A stretch of DNA of 63,144 bases, filler included, from Gonapodya sp. JEL0774 (Eukaryota), in NCBI GenBank assembly GCA_027604505.1. It is 47 parts of 47 records of this genome, joined end to end, with 100 filler letters (N's around TTAATTAATTAA, not from the genome) between each part and the next. Parts side by side here need not be neighbours in the genome. Positions count along the whole stretch, not along the records: positions 61,911 to 63,144 come from JADIIX010003544.1; 46 more parts are not named here. One strand, written 5' to 3'. Position numbers and translations under genes: made by a program. Below the pieces are notes generated by a model that saw only the letters and a program-made list of their open reading frames with translations, ran no database searches and was not told the origin of the DNA. Shown here one piece after another: positions 61,911-63,144 of this stretch (position 1 is the first letter of the stretch; the number at the start of each line of letters is the position of its first letter).

Positions 61911-63144
61911 AGGGGCTTTCCCCTTCTTGCGAGCTGCTTTGGGTGCTGGTGCTGTAGCGGGAATCAATGGAGGAGCTGGAGCTCTGAACTCCTCTTCGGA
62001 TGATTGACCCTGAGCTTTCCTCTTCCGCCCGCGCACAGGAGTCGGTGCCACTAGGTTCTCATCAATCTCTTGCAGCGCCTTTTGCTTTGTTGATTTGGCA
62101 GGATTCGGCGCCATCGAATTCTCTCCGCTCTCAACTGGCACAGGGGGTTTCTTCGTCGATCTCGCCGGAGACGGTGCAACAAAGACGGGGAGGGAGAACG
62201 CAGGATTGTGATTCTTGGCAGTTCCGGTAAGTGGCATTGCTATCTTCTTCCTCGACTTTGCAGTGGAGGGCGGAACAAAGACGGGAAGTGTCTTTGCAGG
62301 AGTTTGTTCAACCAAAGCCTCTCGGTTACCGACTGCCGCCACGGCAGGTTGCTTCCTCGACCTCGCAGTAGATGGTGGAACGAACACAGGAAGGTTAGCG
62401 AGTGCAGGCGCAGCGACAGACGGGGATGGATCCTCCTCTATTGTGGTTGCGTCCGCTCGCTTCCGTTTGCCACGTGCTGGAGCTGACGATGCAGGGGGAC
62501 GAGCGCGGTTCGCTACCTCTGAGAGCGTGAGGTGATCGTCGGAATCGATTTCCGGAGCGATCTTGGATTCGGATTCCTTCATGAGAGGTTTGTGGGAGGA
62601 CTGGACCTCAGACGTTTTAGAGGCCGATGCTTTGGAATGGTCGTGTTCCTTGGCGTTATCGTAGTAGGTGAAGAAGGGACATTGTTTTTCCTTTCGCTTG
62701 CGGTGCTCGTGCCTGAAGGGGGATTGGAGGATTGAGCGTCACATCTGATATATGCACTCGTAGCAACTATCTATGAGAGAACTTACAGTGGGTCATCGCC
62801 TTCCTCCCATCCGTCGAGCTCCAGCTCACAATATCCGCATCGCACGTTATCGGGAGATTCCTTAGTGGGACTAAAGGGGTTGGGGGCCGGTGCGGTGGGT
62901 GAGCAGGCGCGCACGGGGACCAGTTCATGAAGGCAGAGCTCTCTCCGACCGCCACTCAACTCACAAATGATGAAATCCTGCGGAAGCCATCTACAGCGTT
63001 ATGAGCGAGTGCCGTCACAAGAGCGGAGCGTGCAAGTCATGTGTCGGGCGGGTAAGTAAACCGGGGTCGTCATCCAGCAATGAAACTCACCGTATCGACG
63101 CTGCAAGAGCTCGAATCTGAATACTGCCATCGACAATCACCCGA
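61911..63144 (-). CDS. BIR1: BIR-domain protein (Bir1/survivin-like), internal fragment
   Basis: Spliced MASAGFHHFPTKESPDNVRCGYCELELDGWEEGDDP.HEHRKR...CPFF, then a long disordered basic/Pro-rich region. Confidence 0.88.

Overview
This window is not a continuous locus. It consists of 47 short contigs (1256 bp falling to 1234 bp, so sorted by length) joined by 46 identical 100-bp artificial spacers (44 N + TTAATTAATTAA + 44 N), so adjacency across a spacer has no biological meaning. The contigs are eukaryotic and intron-rich (short GT-AG introns) with fungal-type genes. An ARMC2-like gene and plant-type LRR proteins suggest a zoosporic fungus (chytrid/Monoblepharidomycete-like; inference). Recognisable gene fragments include POL2, PIF1, DUS1, RAD7, RAE1, an ING protein, dolichol kinase, DCN1-like, OTU2, GDH2, a Kv-beta-type AKR, a P450, a BIR/survivin protein, a QIP/Gfd2 exonuclease, ALYREF/YRA1, a CE4 deacetylase, a CMD/AhpD protein, a GATA finger and an OCA/Siw14 phosphatase. 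Mobile and repeat DNA includes a tyrosine-recombinase retroelement, two intron-containing hAT transposases, a 1007-bp long-TIR element inserted at a TA inside a copia RT, and 159-bp and 176-bp satellites. I cannot support a multi-gene novel system because no contig is long enough to show one. The best leads are within single contigs: the nested TIR element, intron positions shared by two divergent hATs, 5-nt and 12-nt microexons, a probably inactive CE4, an intronless membrane protein with a zincin-like motif, and a satellite with dimer-like higher-order structure. All family calls are by eye from motifs; no searches were run.
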